Source: Octopus bimaculoides
Lineage: Eukaryota
NCBI RefSeq assembly: GCF_001194135.2
Contig: NC_068986.1
Span: 82,904,423-82,968,422, forward strand
DNA: 64,000 nt
Direction of reading: 5' to 3'
A program made the translations under genes and the position numbers. How positions within the stretch are numbered: the first letter of the stretch is position 1; each line of letters starts with the position of its first letter. The notes under the pieces are model-generated. The model was given only the letters and a program-made list of their open reading frames with translations. It was not told the DNA's origin and ran no database searches. This document shows positions 47,001-59,900 of the stretch, piece by piece.

Positions 47001-48639
47001 TATAGCGTTGTCTTAGGTTAACATGACATGCTGTTTTCCTCTTCGGCCAATCCCTCATCAACTTCTTCAAGTTCCAGTGGGAGAGGAAGGTGGAGAGGGA
47101 GGTGCTGGCTTCCAGTAAATTTACCGAAAGATGGGTGAGAACGACCCTGGTGAATGGGATAAATACCAGTATTCGCCTGAACAGTAGAAAACAACCCTTT
47201 GGTAGTGAGAACAGTTATAGATCTACAGAGTTCCTTTGAAAGCCCTAGCTGGTTATGGGGGCTTCACACTTCTCCTTATATGCTTTGTTTTCCATGCCTT
47301 TTTTTTTTACATGAACGTAACCCTCCACTGTTGTTGTTAACCCTTAGAGTATTCCTTCATCATTTATCCCGACAGCAAATAAACAAAATTATTATAAAAT
47401 ATTATTTTTTAATTGTTATTATTTTTATTTTTTATTTTTATTCTCTGTTTTTATTTATTTATTTTTATTATTAAAATCACCTATTTATTTTTATTGTTGT
47501 TATTCGATACTAGTCTAGTATTGAGTCGATTGAACTAATCTCCTCTCCCTAAATTTCTGTTTTCGAGTTTGTGAGCAACATTGTTATTACATTAAGAGTT
47601 GTGCATTGGAAGAATTGTTTGAGTGTTAGACAATAATGCCTTTTATTATTAGTTTTTGATTCTTTACATTCAGAATTCAAATTCTAAGGTCCACTTTGCC
47701 TATTGTTCCTTCGGGAACGATAAAATAAGTACATATCTAGTGCTGGGGGTGTTGTACTCGACTACCCCTCCCTCAAAATCGCTAACCTTGTACCTAAATT
47801 CAAAAACAATTATTATTTTTATTGTCTTCTTTACTGCACCACTATGTGCAAATCTGTGTGCTTTGAATATGTGCAGTGTTTTGTTTTGGTTATGTATTTT
47901 ATATTGACTGCAGTTCCTAGCAAATATTTTTGTAAGTGCTGGAGTTTTGGTTAGGTATTCGTATGGGGTGGGGTATTCTTCCCAAGGCACCTATTATTAT
48001 AAAGATTGTTTCTGTTTTCAATTTTTACATTATGGTTATCTCCATATCCAGATCTTTATATTTGCTTAATTTCTCCATTTCTTTGTAGCATTGATACTTC
48101 ATCCTTTCCTTGGTGACAGTATCTGCTTCATTACCTTTCATCTCCATGTTGGTACCATTTATCTTATCCCAGAGTATAGTCACTTTTGTTTATTCTCTGA
48201 GGCTTTTTCTGGTGTATATTATACTATCTCATTTCTATTAATGCTGGTATGGCTTCTTTCTTGGCTGAGATTGGGCAGCCAGAGACATCATTATTGTTGT
48301 TCTTTACCATGGAAAATAACATTTTACAGAGCTTTTCTAAAGGTGACATATATTTAAAAAATGTGGGATTTTTTCTGTGCATTTAAAAACTATTTAAACA
48401 ATATGCTTTACATTGCAAGACAGCTGCCTTAAAAGTGACTAATGTACACAACTATGTCCTTAAACTATTAATCAAAGACACTGAAAAGTCAGATGCTTAT
48501 ATACGCATATACATACATGAAGCAACAATAAAAAAAAATTATTTAAATGAGAAAATATTTGCTAGCACCTTTGAACAACTATGCAGAAATTGAAGCAAAC
48601 TGCCTGAAAATTCATCAGTAACAAAAATGGTTCTAAAAC

Positions 48640-49050
48640 ATAGTTAATATTTCTTTCTACTAAGAATTGGTACTGCACTGACAAAATGCTTAGCAGCATT
48701 TCTTCTGATTTTACAGTCAGTTCAAATGTTTCCAGGGTCAACTTTGCTTTTCGTCCTTTCGAAGTCAATAAAATAAGTACCAGTTGAGTACTGGAGTCAA
48801 TATAATTGACTTATCTCTTCTACTGAAATTATTGGCCTTGTGCCAAAATTTGAAACCAATATTTCTTTTCACTCTAGGCACAAGGCCTGAAATTTTGGGG
48901 GAGGGGCTAATCAACTACATTGACCTCAGTACTTGACTATTACTTATTTTATAAAGGATGAAAGGCGACATCAACATCAGCCAAATTTGAACTCAGAACA
49001 AATACCACTAAGCATTTTGTCCAGCATGGCGACAATTCTGCCAGCTCATT
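48640..49050 (-). mobile_element. two adjacent SINE family C copies
   Basis: Reverse-complement heads GAGCTGGCAGAATTGTC and body GAGTTCAAAT; shared core. Confidence 0.65.
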
Positions 49051-49899
49051 ACCTTAAACATTGTTAATAACTGGACAATACCAAAAGGTATCAAGTTCAG
49101 AATTTCAAGTCCAAGCTTGAATAAAAACAGGACATTCATTTTTAAATATTTCAAATGATTCATCTCTAGATGGAATTTAATTACTCTGAAAAATTATAAT
49201 TTTATTAATTACTCATATCAGACTGGCTAATTACAAGGACCCTCTAAAATAACTGACATTCTAAATAACATGGCCCTTACATACCTTCCAACAAGTATAA
49301 AGAAAACTATTACAACACGAAAAATACTTTAGAATCAACTCATATATGCCCATAAAAAAGTGAAGTCTTAAAATTTCACTGTATTTAGATTAAACGCTAT
49401 GGTAAGCTTTCACAATCTGCAAGAGAAGGACAGTATGCAACTATTACCTACAGGTGTCAACTACCTACTGAACATTTCATCTGTTCAGTCAGATGCTTCC
49501 CGACAAGTTCATGTCCAAACAAAGTAGGAGCAGGTTTGCATTGTGAAAACGCAACCAGGGGTATATATGGGTTAACAGAACAGCTTAGAAAGATTGCTAG
49601 AGTAAAAAATATAAATACAATATTTTTTTTCTAATTATGGCACACGACCAGTAATTTTGAGAGAAAGGATAGGTCAGTTGCATCAACTCAAGTGCTCACC
49701 TGGTACTTCATTGACTCTAAAAAGAATAAAAGGTACTGTCAACCTCAACAGGATTTGATCATATCGTGTAAAAAGCTGAAAGAAATGCCTCTTAGCATTT
49801 TGTCCATTATGCTAATGATTCTGCCAGCTTGGTGCCTTAATAAGAGTGGTAATTTTAAGGGATACAGAAGGTTCGATCCTTCTTACTCAAGAGCAGTCT

Positions 49900-50484
49900 T
49901 TGTAAACTAATGCAGTTGAGTACAGCATTGATAAGACAACAGAAACACCCCTCTGTAGATGGTGTGCAAACATAAAAGCAATAAAGTATGTAATTGGTGT
50001 ATATTCAAAACGCCCTAATACAGTAGAGAAAATTGCACTGGGAGATGAGTAGTAGGTACGGGCTTAAGTGTACTGACAAGTGGTATGAATGCCAACCCTT
50101 GCCACCCACAGAGACTGATCAAATGAATTTCTCATGGAATGACAAAACACACAGAGAAAAAGCTACATTATTGATCACATATCACTCTCCTGTGGAAAGT
50201 GACAAAAGAATGGATTTTCATTGATGTAACAGTACCTGCTGATCATGACATTGTGAAGATAGAGAATGTGAAAGCTGAAAGGTATCAAGAGTGTATTTAT
50301 AGAGCCTCAATATTGTGTCTAATACCAGGTGTCTTTCGAAATAGGCAGTTGGTGGTTATAATTGGAACCACATGTGTTGAGGAAAATGTTGTGAATGTAA
50401 GCTGTGGGTAGGAGCTGGAACATGGTATAGATAATCCTGAAAAACATCAAAACAGGAGAAAATCATAGTAATAATAATAATAAT
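49900..50484 (+). mobile_element. R4/Dong-clade LINE 3' end (zinc finger + REL endonuclease + (TAA)n tail)
   Basis: IDKTTETPLCRWC, HWEMSSRYGLKCTDKWYE, IFIDVTVPADHDIVKIENVKAERYQE, GTTCVLRKML*, then (TAA)5 at about 50469-50484. Confidence 0.8.
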
Positions 50485-50565
50485 GCTTTCAAATTTTGAC
50501 ACAAGGCTAGCAATTTTGGTGAAGGAGTAAGTCAATTACTGCAACCCAAGTGCTCAACTGGTAAT

Positions 50566-50770
50566 TACCTCCGCCAAGGAAGGAGGTTATGTTTTCATCG
50601 GTGTTGGTTTGTCCATCTCTCATTCTGTGTGCAAAATAACTCAAAAAGTTGTGAACGGTATTTGATGAAACTTGCAGGAAAAGTTGGTAATGACACAAGG
50701 AACAGATGATGAAATTTTGGTAGTGATCTGGGAATTGGATTCTTGAAGGATTTTTCATTTGTTATATTTA
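50566..50770 (+). mobile_element. HINE/Helentron-type non-autonomous element
   Basis: TTACCTCCGCCAAGGAAGGAGGTTATGTTTTCATCGG start with ACCTCC/GGAGGT short inverted repeat. Confidence 0.65.
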
Positions 50771-50989
50771 CTTTGCATGAAATATTACAATGTTACATTC
50801 TTTGTTATTTTATTGATCCTATAAAGAACCGGAAGAAATGTCATTGAGTATTTCATCTCCAGCAGACTAACAATTTTGTCAGCTTGCCACCTTAATAAGT
50901 GAAGTGAATCATTAGAAAATGTGAAAATACACATTGGAATATTTCAGTGAGACCCACTCTCTCCATTACTTTTCATTATTTCAATAAGA

Positions 50990-51200
50990 CGGTAAGCTGG
51001 CAGAATCATTAGCATGCCAGGCAAAATGCATAGCAGCATTTCATCCAACTTTATGTTTTGAGTTCAAATTCCACCAAAGTCTACTTTGCCTTTCATCGTT
51101 TTGGGGTCGATAAGATAAGTACCAGTTGAACACTGGGATCAATATAATCGACTATCTCTGTTCCCCAAAATTTCAAGCCTTGTACCTATAGTAGAAAAGA
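50990..51200 (+). mobile_element. SINE family C
   Basis: AAGCTGGCAGAATCATTAGC...GAGTTCAAATTCC...AAGTACCAGTTGAACACTGGG. Confidence 0.85.
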
Positions 51201-52169
51201 TTATTACATTAATCCCTCAGATAAACATACTAAGGAAATTCAAGCCTTTGCTGAAATTAGGGTGAAAATAAATCACCTGTTATAAATGGATAACCTCAAA
51301 CTATACATCATAAATGAAAAAATGGCCTAGATTCCCTGATACAAGCAGTAAGAATATTTAGCAAGGGTACTGGCATGCAGTTTGGGGTAAATGAAAGGCC
51401 ATCTAGGCATATATGTTGCACAGTTTATTACTCGAGCAAACTTCAGCTATCACAGTTGCTGCAAATACATGAAAAACTATTTCCCAAAACCCAGACATAT
51501 ATGTACAGAAGACCTGAAAACAACATCCTAAAAGCACTCTCGCACTCATCCCAGACATACATAAAAGATACATACACACAGAAATAGAAATATATACATC
51601 AATAACCTCATAGGTCCTAAACACTGAACTGGGATGTACACCACCAACAATAAGTGAAGAGGAATAGCAGCTGTCATTTACTGACCAGTGATGTGACCAT
51701 CACCAGAAATAGACTAGACAGTAGAGAGGGTGTAATATCTCCAAAGTGTATATGTGTGTGTACACAGTTTTATATTGTCAAGTGGTTGGTATATTACTGG
51801 TTAAGCCATATAACTGCTCAAAATGTTATGATCAGTTTTGCACCAACTATTGCACTTAATATAGAAAACTCTTTTGTGCTGGAGGTATATATAGACCCTT
51901 TTTGGCTCTGTTGGTAAAAATAACTGGAACGAGACATAATAAGAAATTATATCATTACTAAAATCGAAGATATTTGTACCCCTCATTATACTACAGTGGT
52001 CTAATGCTGCTGTTTTGTGGTAATTTCATGCCATCAGAGTTTACATTCCAGCCTCTCTTCATAATTAGTACTGTACAGTAATTTACCCTAAACTACATTC
52101 CAATATCTTTACTGAATACTCTCACAGTTTGGATCATGGAATCTTAGTCTGCCTCATTTTTTGTATACA

Positions 52170-53430
52170 ACTTAAAGCCATCCATATAGTAGGTGATTTA
52201 TTCACATCTTGGATTTGGTAAACTCATGGGTAGGCCTGGATTTTTTTAGTATACTTGTCAGAGAGATTAGTGCACTGACAAAGAGTAATGGAAAGAGCAA
52301 TTCTCCTTGGAAAATGCCCTTGTGTATTTTCACATTGCCTAGCAAGTCATTTGTACATGTCACTTGTACTTCCCAAACCCTCAATGCTTTCTTCAAAAAG
52401 TTGTTTATCCTCTCATTGACTCCAAGCATCCTCGGACACTCCAAGAGCCAGCTGTGTGGGACACAGTCATAAGCCTTCCTGTAATCTAGCCATCCAGTAG
52501 GTAAAATTCCTTTTTCTTACTTGTTCCTCATTCAATATTCTTCTGTCTATATATAGCAGACCAGTAGTCCTCCTTGATTTCTTCCTATATCCTTTTTGTT
52601 CCTCTGGTAATAGGGTCTTTTCCAGAAAATTATATACTTCATCTGCTATGAGGCCAGTTAATAGTTTCCAGAGTAATTGTAAGCAAGTAATAAGGTCTAT
52701 AATTGCTGAGTTCCCCTTTTCTTTTCTTTGTCTTTCTGTATCAGCACTGTCCTTCCTTTTATCATCCATGTCAGTGTTCCGTTTTCTTTGCAGTCAGTAA
52801 AAAAATGGTCATATATAACTGTATATACTTGCGAGATTCTTAACCCTGGACACCATTTGGTACGAGGGCTTTCCTGTTTGGTATTTTCTTAATCATCTCT
52901 TTTACTTTCTTATCTGTGATTGTTATGTTTTCTTGTGTCACTCCAGCCTCTATTTCACTTTTAAATTCCTGTAACAAGCCTGCTTTTACATTATGTTGGA
53001 CTTCTTTGCTCCAGGTTTCTGTCTGGAATTTCTTTGCTGCTTCAGCATTTGGCATATCATTTTCCTGATGCTCCTCTTCATTGTTTGGCTGTTTATAGAA
53101 TTTTCCTTTGTTGTTCTTAAAGTGTCTATTCTGCTGGTGCTGATTTGTTTTCTGTTGGTATCTGTTATTTTTACCTGACACTGCTTTGATTCCTTGTTTT
53201 AATTCCTCTTTAACTATTCGCAGTCCTTTGTGTCTTATGTTGTACTTTCTTTGCAGTTTGTTCCTATGTCTTTCCCTCACACTCTTCTTTTCTATGAATG
53301 CATGTATCCATCCAAGGTCTCACTTGAGCTGTTCAATTTGGTTCTCAAGCCTTCATTCCTGCCATGAGGCTTTGTCTTTTTTTCTCTCACTTTTAATCCT
53401 AAGAGTTTGCATAACAGAGGCTACACAGAA
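52170..53430 (-). mobile_element. R4/Dong-clade LINE relic (pre-RT and RT domains)
   Basis: RLENQIEQLK*DL, EELKQ, KIPNRKALVPNGVQG, ITCLQLLWKLLTG, LLPEEQKG, KGIFQGELLFPLLF. Confidence 0.85.
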
Positions 53431-53433
53431 TAT

Positions 53434-54040
53434 AAGATCCTGCAAATGGACAGAGATTTAGAGACATATTACTCGAAGCATTTGACGAAATAGAATGGGA
53501 TATAGCATCATACAACGTGGAAGACTTTTGGAGGTTTCTACGGGACAACCTGCTGAGAGCCACCAACCAGATCGAACATTAGGCCTCACCGAGGCAATGA
53601 CTTGTGACCGAGACCTTTGGAAATATGCTGTGCGTGAGAAGACCCGGCAAGCCAAGTGAGACCTAAATCCAAAGCCTCTGCCAGGGGTGTAGCCAGCCCA
53701 CTTATGCGTACCTTCCTTCATTGGACACTAAACTCCACTTGTGAAGACCTGTTGGAGCAAGTGAAAGCGAAATTGTGATGGCAACTGTACCAGTGGAACA
53801 CTAAGAGCACCGTCCGAGCGTGATCATTGCCAGAGCAGCTGTCTGGCTTCCATGCCGGTGGCATGTAAATAGCACCATTTGAGCGTGATCTTTACCAACG
53901 TCACTTTCCTGGCACTTGTGCCGGTGGCACGTGAAAAGACATTCGAGCGAGTTCGTTGCCAGTGCCGCTGAACTGGCTCCTGTGCAGGTGGCATGTAAAA
54001 TACACCATTTCGAGCGTAGCTGTTGCCAGTACTATAGCTA
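53434..54040 (+). mobile_element. internally deleted RTE-LINE with 3'UTR tandem repeat
   Basis: DPANGQRFRD...WRFLRDNLLRATNQI joined directly to RTLGLTEAMTCDRDLWKYAVREKTRQAK*, then 3'UTR with ~65-bp units. Confidence 0.75.
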
Positions 54041-54049
54041 GGCGTGTGT

Positions 54050-54530
54050 GATAGGTTAGTGATAGGTAGGAATAGGAGGAAAGAATGCATATATGCGAAT
54101 AAGTATGCATATATGCATATACACACACATATATATAGACATGTACATATGCCTATACATGCACACGCGCGTATGTACACAAGCATGCTCATGTGCACCC
54201 ATAGATGTATTCATACATGCATATGCATACACGTATATAAACATGCACACGCACATACATGCGCGCAGTTACACACACATTTATAGTCACACGCATGCAC
54301 ACATACAGGTACTTACACATACATGTATACACATATACTCACTCATTCATATATATTTGTATATATAAATGCATGCACACATGCATACGCACACACGCAC
54401 ATATATATGTGTAAATACACATACACACACACATATATATATATATTTACATATACTCACATACAAATACATACATAGATAAAATACTTGTACACATTTT
54501 TATAAACAACCACATGTACCCACTTATATG
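54050..54530. repeat. degenerate (CA/TA)n low-complexity tract
   Basis: Direct reading. Confidence 0.9.
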
Positions 54531-54589
54531 TTCATATATGTATTATTAAATGATTGTGATCCTTAAAGTAAGATGAGGGAGTTAGTTAA

Positions 54590-54985
54590 AGATTAAAATT
54601 TAAAATGGAGATAGGTAGGGTTGTTGAGGATTACCTACAGGGTGTTGTGGATATATACTGTGGGGTTATTTAGGTTGCATTTAGATTTGTGGTAAAATTT
54701 GAAGGTATGAAAAAAGTGGTGGTTGCATGTCCTTAGGACCTCATTATATTTGTTTAGTCATGTTGAGGAGTTGTGTTTTGATATGTGGAATGCCTCTTTA
54801 AGGCATAACTTACAGGGTAAGCGTTGACCTTGGTATGGAAGCCTTGAATCTATTATGGACCATGACAGAGTGGAGGGAATATTCCTATTTTTGAGATGAT
54901 GTATGTGACTGGCGAGTGTTGTGGATTTACTGTATTTCTCATATCTAAAAGAATTGAGATGAGTGGCATATCGCTGTTTAAAATT
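54590..54985 (-). mobile_element. Penelope-like element, GIY-YIG endonuclease C-terminal relic
   Basis: FKQRYATHLNSFRYEKYSKSTTLASHI...WSII...PY...CKLCLKE. Confidence 0.8.
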
Positions 54986-54989
54986 TATA

Positions 54990-55030
<41 letters not shown>

Positions 55031-55031
<1 letters not shown>

Positions 55032-55410
55032 GGCACAGGAGTCGCTGTGTGATAAGTAGCTTGCTTACCCACCACATGGATCTGGGTTCAGTCCCACAGC
55101 ATGGCACATTGGGCAAGTGTCTTCTACACTAGCCTTGGGCCAACCAAAGCCTTGTGAGTGGATTTGTTAGACGGAAACTGAAAGAAGCCTGTCGCATGTG
55201 TGTGTGTCTGTGTTTGTCCCCCAACACTGCTTGACAACTGATGCTGGTGTGTTTACATCCCTGTAACTTAGCGGTTCGGTGAAAAACACTGATAGAATAA
55301 GTACTAGGCTTACAAAGAATAAGTCCTGGAGTTGATTTACTTGACTAAAGGTGGTGTTCCGGCATGGCCACAGTCAAATGACTAAAACATGTAAAACAAT
55401 AAAAGTATAA
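55031..55410 (+). mobile_element. full-length SINE family A
   Basis: Collinear with the 42528 copy. Confidence 0.9.
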
Positions 55411-55514
55411 AAGAATATATATGTATATGTATATATATGTGTGTATGGGTATGTATGTGTGCCTATATATGTGCATGTCTGTGTATGAGGAGGTGTATGT
55501 ATGTACATTGTTCA

Positions 55515-56175
55515 CCATAATCAGCATCATTGTTTAACGTCCATTTTCCATGCTGGCATGGGTTGGATGGTTTGACATGAACCTGGCCAGCTAGGAGTTG
55601 TCCAGACTCCAATTTGTCTGTTATGGTATGGTTTCTATGGCTGGATGCCCTTCCTGATGCCAACTACTTAACAGAGTGTGCTAGATGCTTTTTATGTGCC
55701 ACCAGCACAGGTGCGTTTACACAGCACTGGCACGGGTGCTTTTTATGTGGCACCTGCACCTGAAAGGGCAAACCTGTGTATGTGAAAGACAGCGATTTTA
55801 GTTAGCTTGACCAGTCTTATCAAGTACAGCAAATCACTACATCCTCCAGTCCCTTGTCATTTCCTCAGTGAGGCCCACACTACTTCATCCCACGTTTTCC
55901 TGGGTCTACCCCTCCCACAGGTATTTCCCACAATTAGAGTTTGATACTTCTTTACGTAGCTGTCATCAACCATATGCATCACATGACCAAACCAGCACAC
56001 TCCCTTCTCTTGCACACAACATCTATGCCTCTTATACCCAGTTTTCCCCTTGAATCATTTACACTGTCATATGTGCACATTGACATTACCCATCCAGTGG
56101 AGCATGCTAGCTTCATTTCTTTCAAGCCTTCACAAGTCTTCTGTAGTCGAAGCCCATTGTTATATGTGCATAAAT
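55515..56175 (-). mobile_element. RTE-LINE 3' end (ORF2 C-terminus + 3'UTR + (GAT)n tail)
   Basis: GKLGIRGI..WFGHVM..CGRGRPRKTWDEVV..GLTEEMTRD, then the shared tail. Confidence 0.85.
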
Positions 56176-56199
56176 GTACATACAATTATCATTCCAATT

Positions 56200-56826
56200 C
56201 CCAACTCTTCCTCTTCATTCTCTCTCCCAACTATCTATATAATTCTTCATTACTAACTATAAGCGCTTCATCCAAGTATAAATTTCGTATTATTTTATTT
56301 TTCTATACGAAGAATTTCTAATAGGAAATTTCTTACATGTTTATCCGACATGTATAATTTTGTCATTCTTATCAGCAAATGAAACGTGTGTAACGATGAA
56401 TAAATACCAAAAATCTTTTTAACTTCCTGTTTTGATATATTATGGATATATAAGTGTGTGTGTGTGTGTGTGTGTGTGTACGGAAAAGTTGTTTCTGCTT
56501 AATAGTCTTTGTCACACTATGTAATACTGTATGTATGGATAGTAGGATGTATGCAGGTAAGTAAGTAGGCCTGTGCGCGCGCGTATCAAGTGATTGTATT
56601 TGCCGGCGTTTAGTCCAAACTAATGTCCCTTTGATACGAAATGCGGTTATAAAAGGGAGATTACTTGATAAAAGGTAAATAAGACTGAACTAATGGCGAC
56701 AATTTTAATGAAATCAATTAGTTGTGTTTGATTAATAATAAACTATAATTTCTGGCAAATGATGACATGTTGTCAGTTATATGAATCAGTGTGACTAGAC
56801 AGGGGAAGAAACACATAATATTCAGT
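56200..56826 (+). promoter_or_regulatory. CCDC12 promoter / 5'UTR region
   Basis: CpG-retaining segment (GCGCGCGCG, GCCGGCG) directly upstream of the ATG. Confidence 0.5.
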
Positions 56827-56972
56827 ATGTCTGACGTGGGAGAGTTACAACAAGCAGCTTTGAAGAGAAAAGCTCGCTTGCAGGAGATGAAAGCGAAAAG
56901 ACTTTGTCAAACAGAAGATTCATCACAGAACCAGCAAACGAAAGATAGCGAAACAGAGGAAAAACTTCCTAA
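56827..56972 (+). CDS. CCDC12: CCDC12 exon 1
   Basis: ATG at 56827; donor AA|GTAAAA; 146 nt. Confidence 0.93.
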
Positions 56973-59900
56973 GTAAAATTATCTACCATTTTTATTGTAA
57001 TAACTTCTCTCCAAATTATAGTAACTACGTTTGTTCATTGAAGCGTACAAATTCCTGCTTATATTTTACAATATTATATTATTTTCAAACGAATTCCTCC
57101 TCAATTTACAATGATATCAAAAAAAATTTTTTTAATATTTTACGGAATCGGTAGAACTGTGGACAAAACATCTGGGTGTACTTAATTACGTCTTTTTGTA
57201 TTCCGAGTTCAAATCCAGCCGAGATTAACTTTACTTTTTCATTATTAGTCAAGTACCTCGGTCGTTCTAATCGTCTGTCTGTTTTCCCGAAAATTTGTGG
57301 CTTTGTGTTTCTGTTACAAAAAATATATAAATATTTAGTTTGATGAGAAGAGACGTCTTCAATCATCTCAGGTCCCTCGCAGTTGTTAATCAGTTTGTAT
57401 TCCTGTGATAATATGGCATAACTACTTATCATTACTTTTGTTTCCCCCCATAAGTTGCTTTAAAATGCATATTTTTAAATTAAATTTACCAAAGATACAT
57501 GTTAGATTATGTCGGGAAAAGTTGTAAAGATTTTTTTTTTTAGTAATTTGCGATAATTCCCCCACCCCCGACTTTGTTCCTTCATAACTTTCATTGTAAG
57601 ACCTACCTTTTAATGAAATTTCCCGGGGATACATTTTAGATGGTTTTATTAGTAGGAAGTGGGGAAGATACAAGAGACCCAGTTCTGTGCATATACATTA
57701 TACTTGGAGAACCTCAATCACCCCTGCTAGCATAGCTGGGTGGGTTTTCTCGATAATTGCATAGCACTAAACATCTTGCTTCTTTGTCATCTGTTTCATG
57801 AATCTCAAAGTCCTGAGATCAGCCTTTACCAGCGCATCCCATCTTTTGTATCTTCCTCTTCCACAGTTTCCATCTACTGTGAGCATTCAACACTTTTTAT
57901 AGATATCATCATCCAAACACATAACATGCCCAAACCAGTGCAGCCTTTCTTAGACATTACATCTGATTTCTCTCATGCCCAGCTTTTCTTTCAACTCCTT
58001 TGTACTCCATTAAGCATGCACACTGACATTGCACATCCAATGGAGCATTCTAGCTTCATATCTTCTTAGTCTTCACTTGCCTTTGCATTCACAGTCCATG
58101 TCTCACTATCATGCAGCATTGCCTTTTGCGCACATGCATTATAGTCTGAATTTCAAGAGAAAACTTTTGTTGCCTACTGAGGTAATAGCTCTCTGAACTT
58201 TCTCCATCCTATTCCTATTGTAAAGAACATCCTCCACTGCTACTAGGCCACCAAAGTAACAGAAACTATCTACTATCTCTAAGGAGCTTTCTTGGCATTT
58301 GAGAAAATCTATTTTCTCTTGTATCCTTTGTGTTCATTGCTCCTGCACATCTTCCACATACAAAGAATACTTTTTCTTTTAATCTACCTGTGATTGCACT
58401 GGGACACTGTATGAAATTCCTACATATCAAGTAGGGCCATTTACCTGATTGGAAGAGAGTGCTAACTGTTTTCTTGCTTACTAGAACTTTGGACTTTGCT
58501 AAGTGAACTTTAAGGCCTTTTGATTCTAGGTTTTGCTTTCATACCTGGAATTTTTTTTTCTAATTCTATTACACATTCCACTATAGGAACAAGATTATCA
58601 GTTCCCAAGAGCAACTAGTCTTAAATTTCTGTTATGATCTGAGGAAGTATAATGAAAAGTAGGGGACTGAGTACCAAGCCCTTGTAAACTCCTACCTGTA
58701 CACTAAATTGGTCATTGTACTCATGGCTAACTCTCACCTTACTGACAGCACCCCTTTACATTAAGGGTTTTCATTTAAAAAAAAACATAATTTCAAAATG
58801 AAATACAAGAAGTAACAGACTTTTTTAATAAGATTCAACTTCAAACTAATTCCATTTCAGACCTTTATTCCGAAGTTATCAACCAATTGATGAAGCATTA
58901 CTGGAAAACCAGTTGCCTAAGGCTAAACCAGGCAAAGGTTAGAAATCATTTATTTTTAACATTGAAATTTCCTTTAGTTCTTTGTTATGACTGTGAGGAA
59001 ACATATTCTTTATTTTAGGGAATGTATACTTTATTTGATTTATCTAACAATTGATAAATAACATGTTAACGATTTGATGGAGCAAGAGTATGGGAGTGTG
59101 CAGAGCAAATATTGCAAAGGATTTCACTTAAAGAGCATTTGTTTCTTTAGTTCCCTCCTAATGTTTACATCTTTTACTGACATACATCAGCAAAAGACTA
59201 GCACATACATACATGCATTCACTCGTTTTACTTCTGCTTGCCATACTGCCATGGCTTGGTTGGATTGTTGCAATCTGAGTTGATTCCCACTTGGAATTAT
59301 TTCCCTTTGAGATGTGTTGGAGGACTACATCTCACTGATATGTTTTGTTTTGGAATGGTTTCTATGGCTTTTCACAATGCTAACTGTTGTGGCGGATGCC
59401 CCCAGATGAGCAGTGGGCTGGTCCACTACTAATAAATAATGGACAGATTCAGTTAGTAGGGTCAGTCAGCAAGGTACACTGTTTGGGCAGGTCATGCAGA
59501 TGACAAAATCTGTCATCATAATGTGGGGCATATCATTAATTATTTTATAAAACATATTGGATGCACTTATTATGGTACTGGCACTAAAACAGCTTAATTA
59601 GATTGAGAATATGGAATTGCAAGGAGAAATGGGAGAGATAGAATTATAAGGTGTAACAGAAGACAGTAATGGCAGCTACGTGTTTTCTGGTAAAAGAGAG
59701 GTTGGTTGATGGGTAGTTGTAGAAATGGTTGGTGCTTAGAGAGTGTGATGAATTTCATTAACATTTCCTGGAGGGGAGACAATATTGACCAGGAGTATAG
59801 AAACATAATGGTAGCTTGTAAGAAAGAGAGTGACAAAAAGTTGAAAACTTCTGTTGATTCTTTAGGTATGTGTAAGTCCCTTACCAAGTCACTGATTTAA

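Noticed and set aside
53824-54368. Cys/His-rich ORFs suggesting metal-binding proteins
   Set aside because: Translations of degenerate (CA/TA)n repeat
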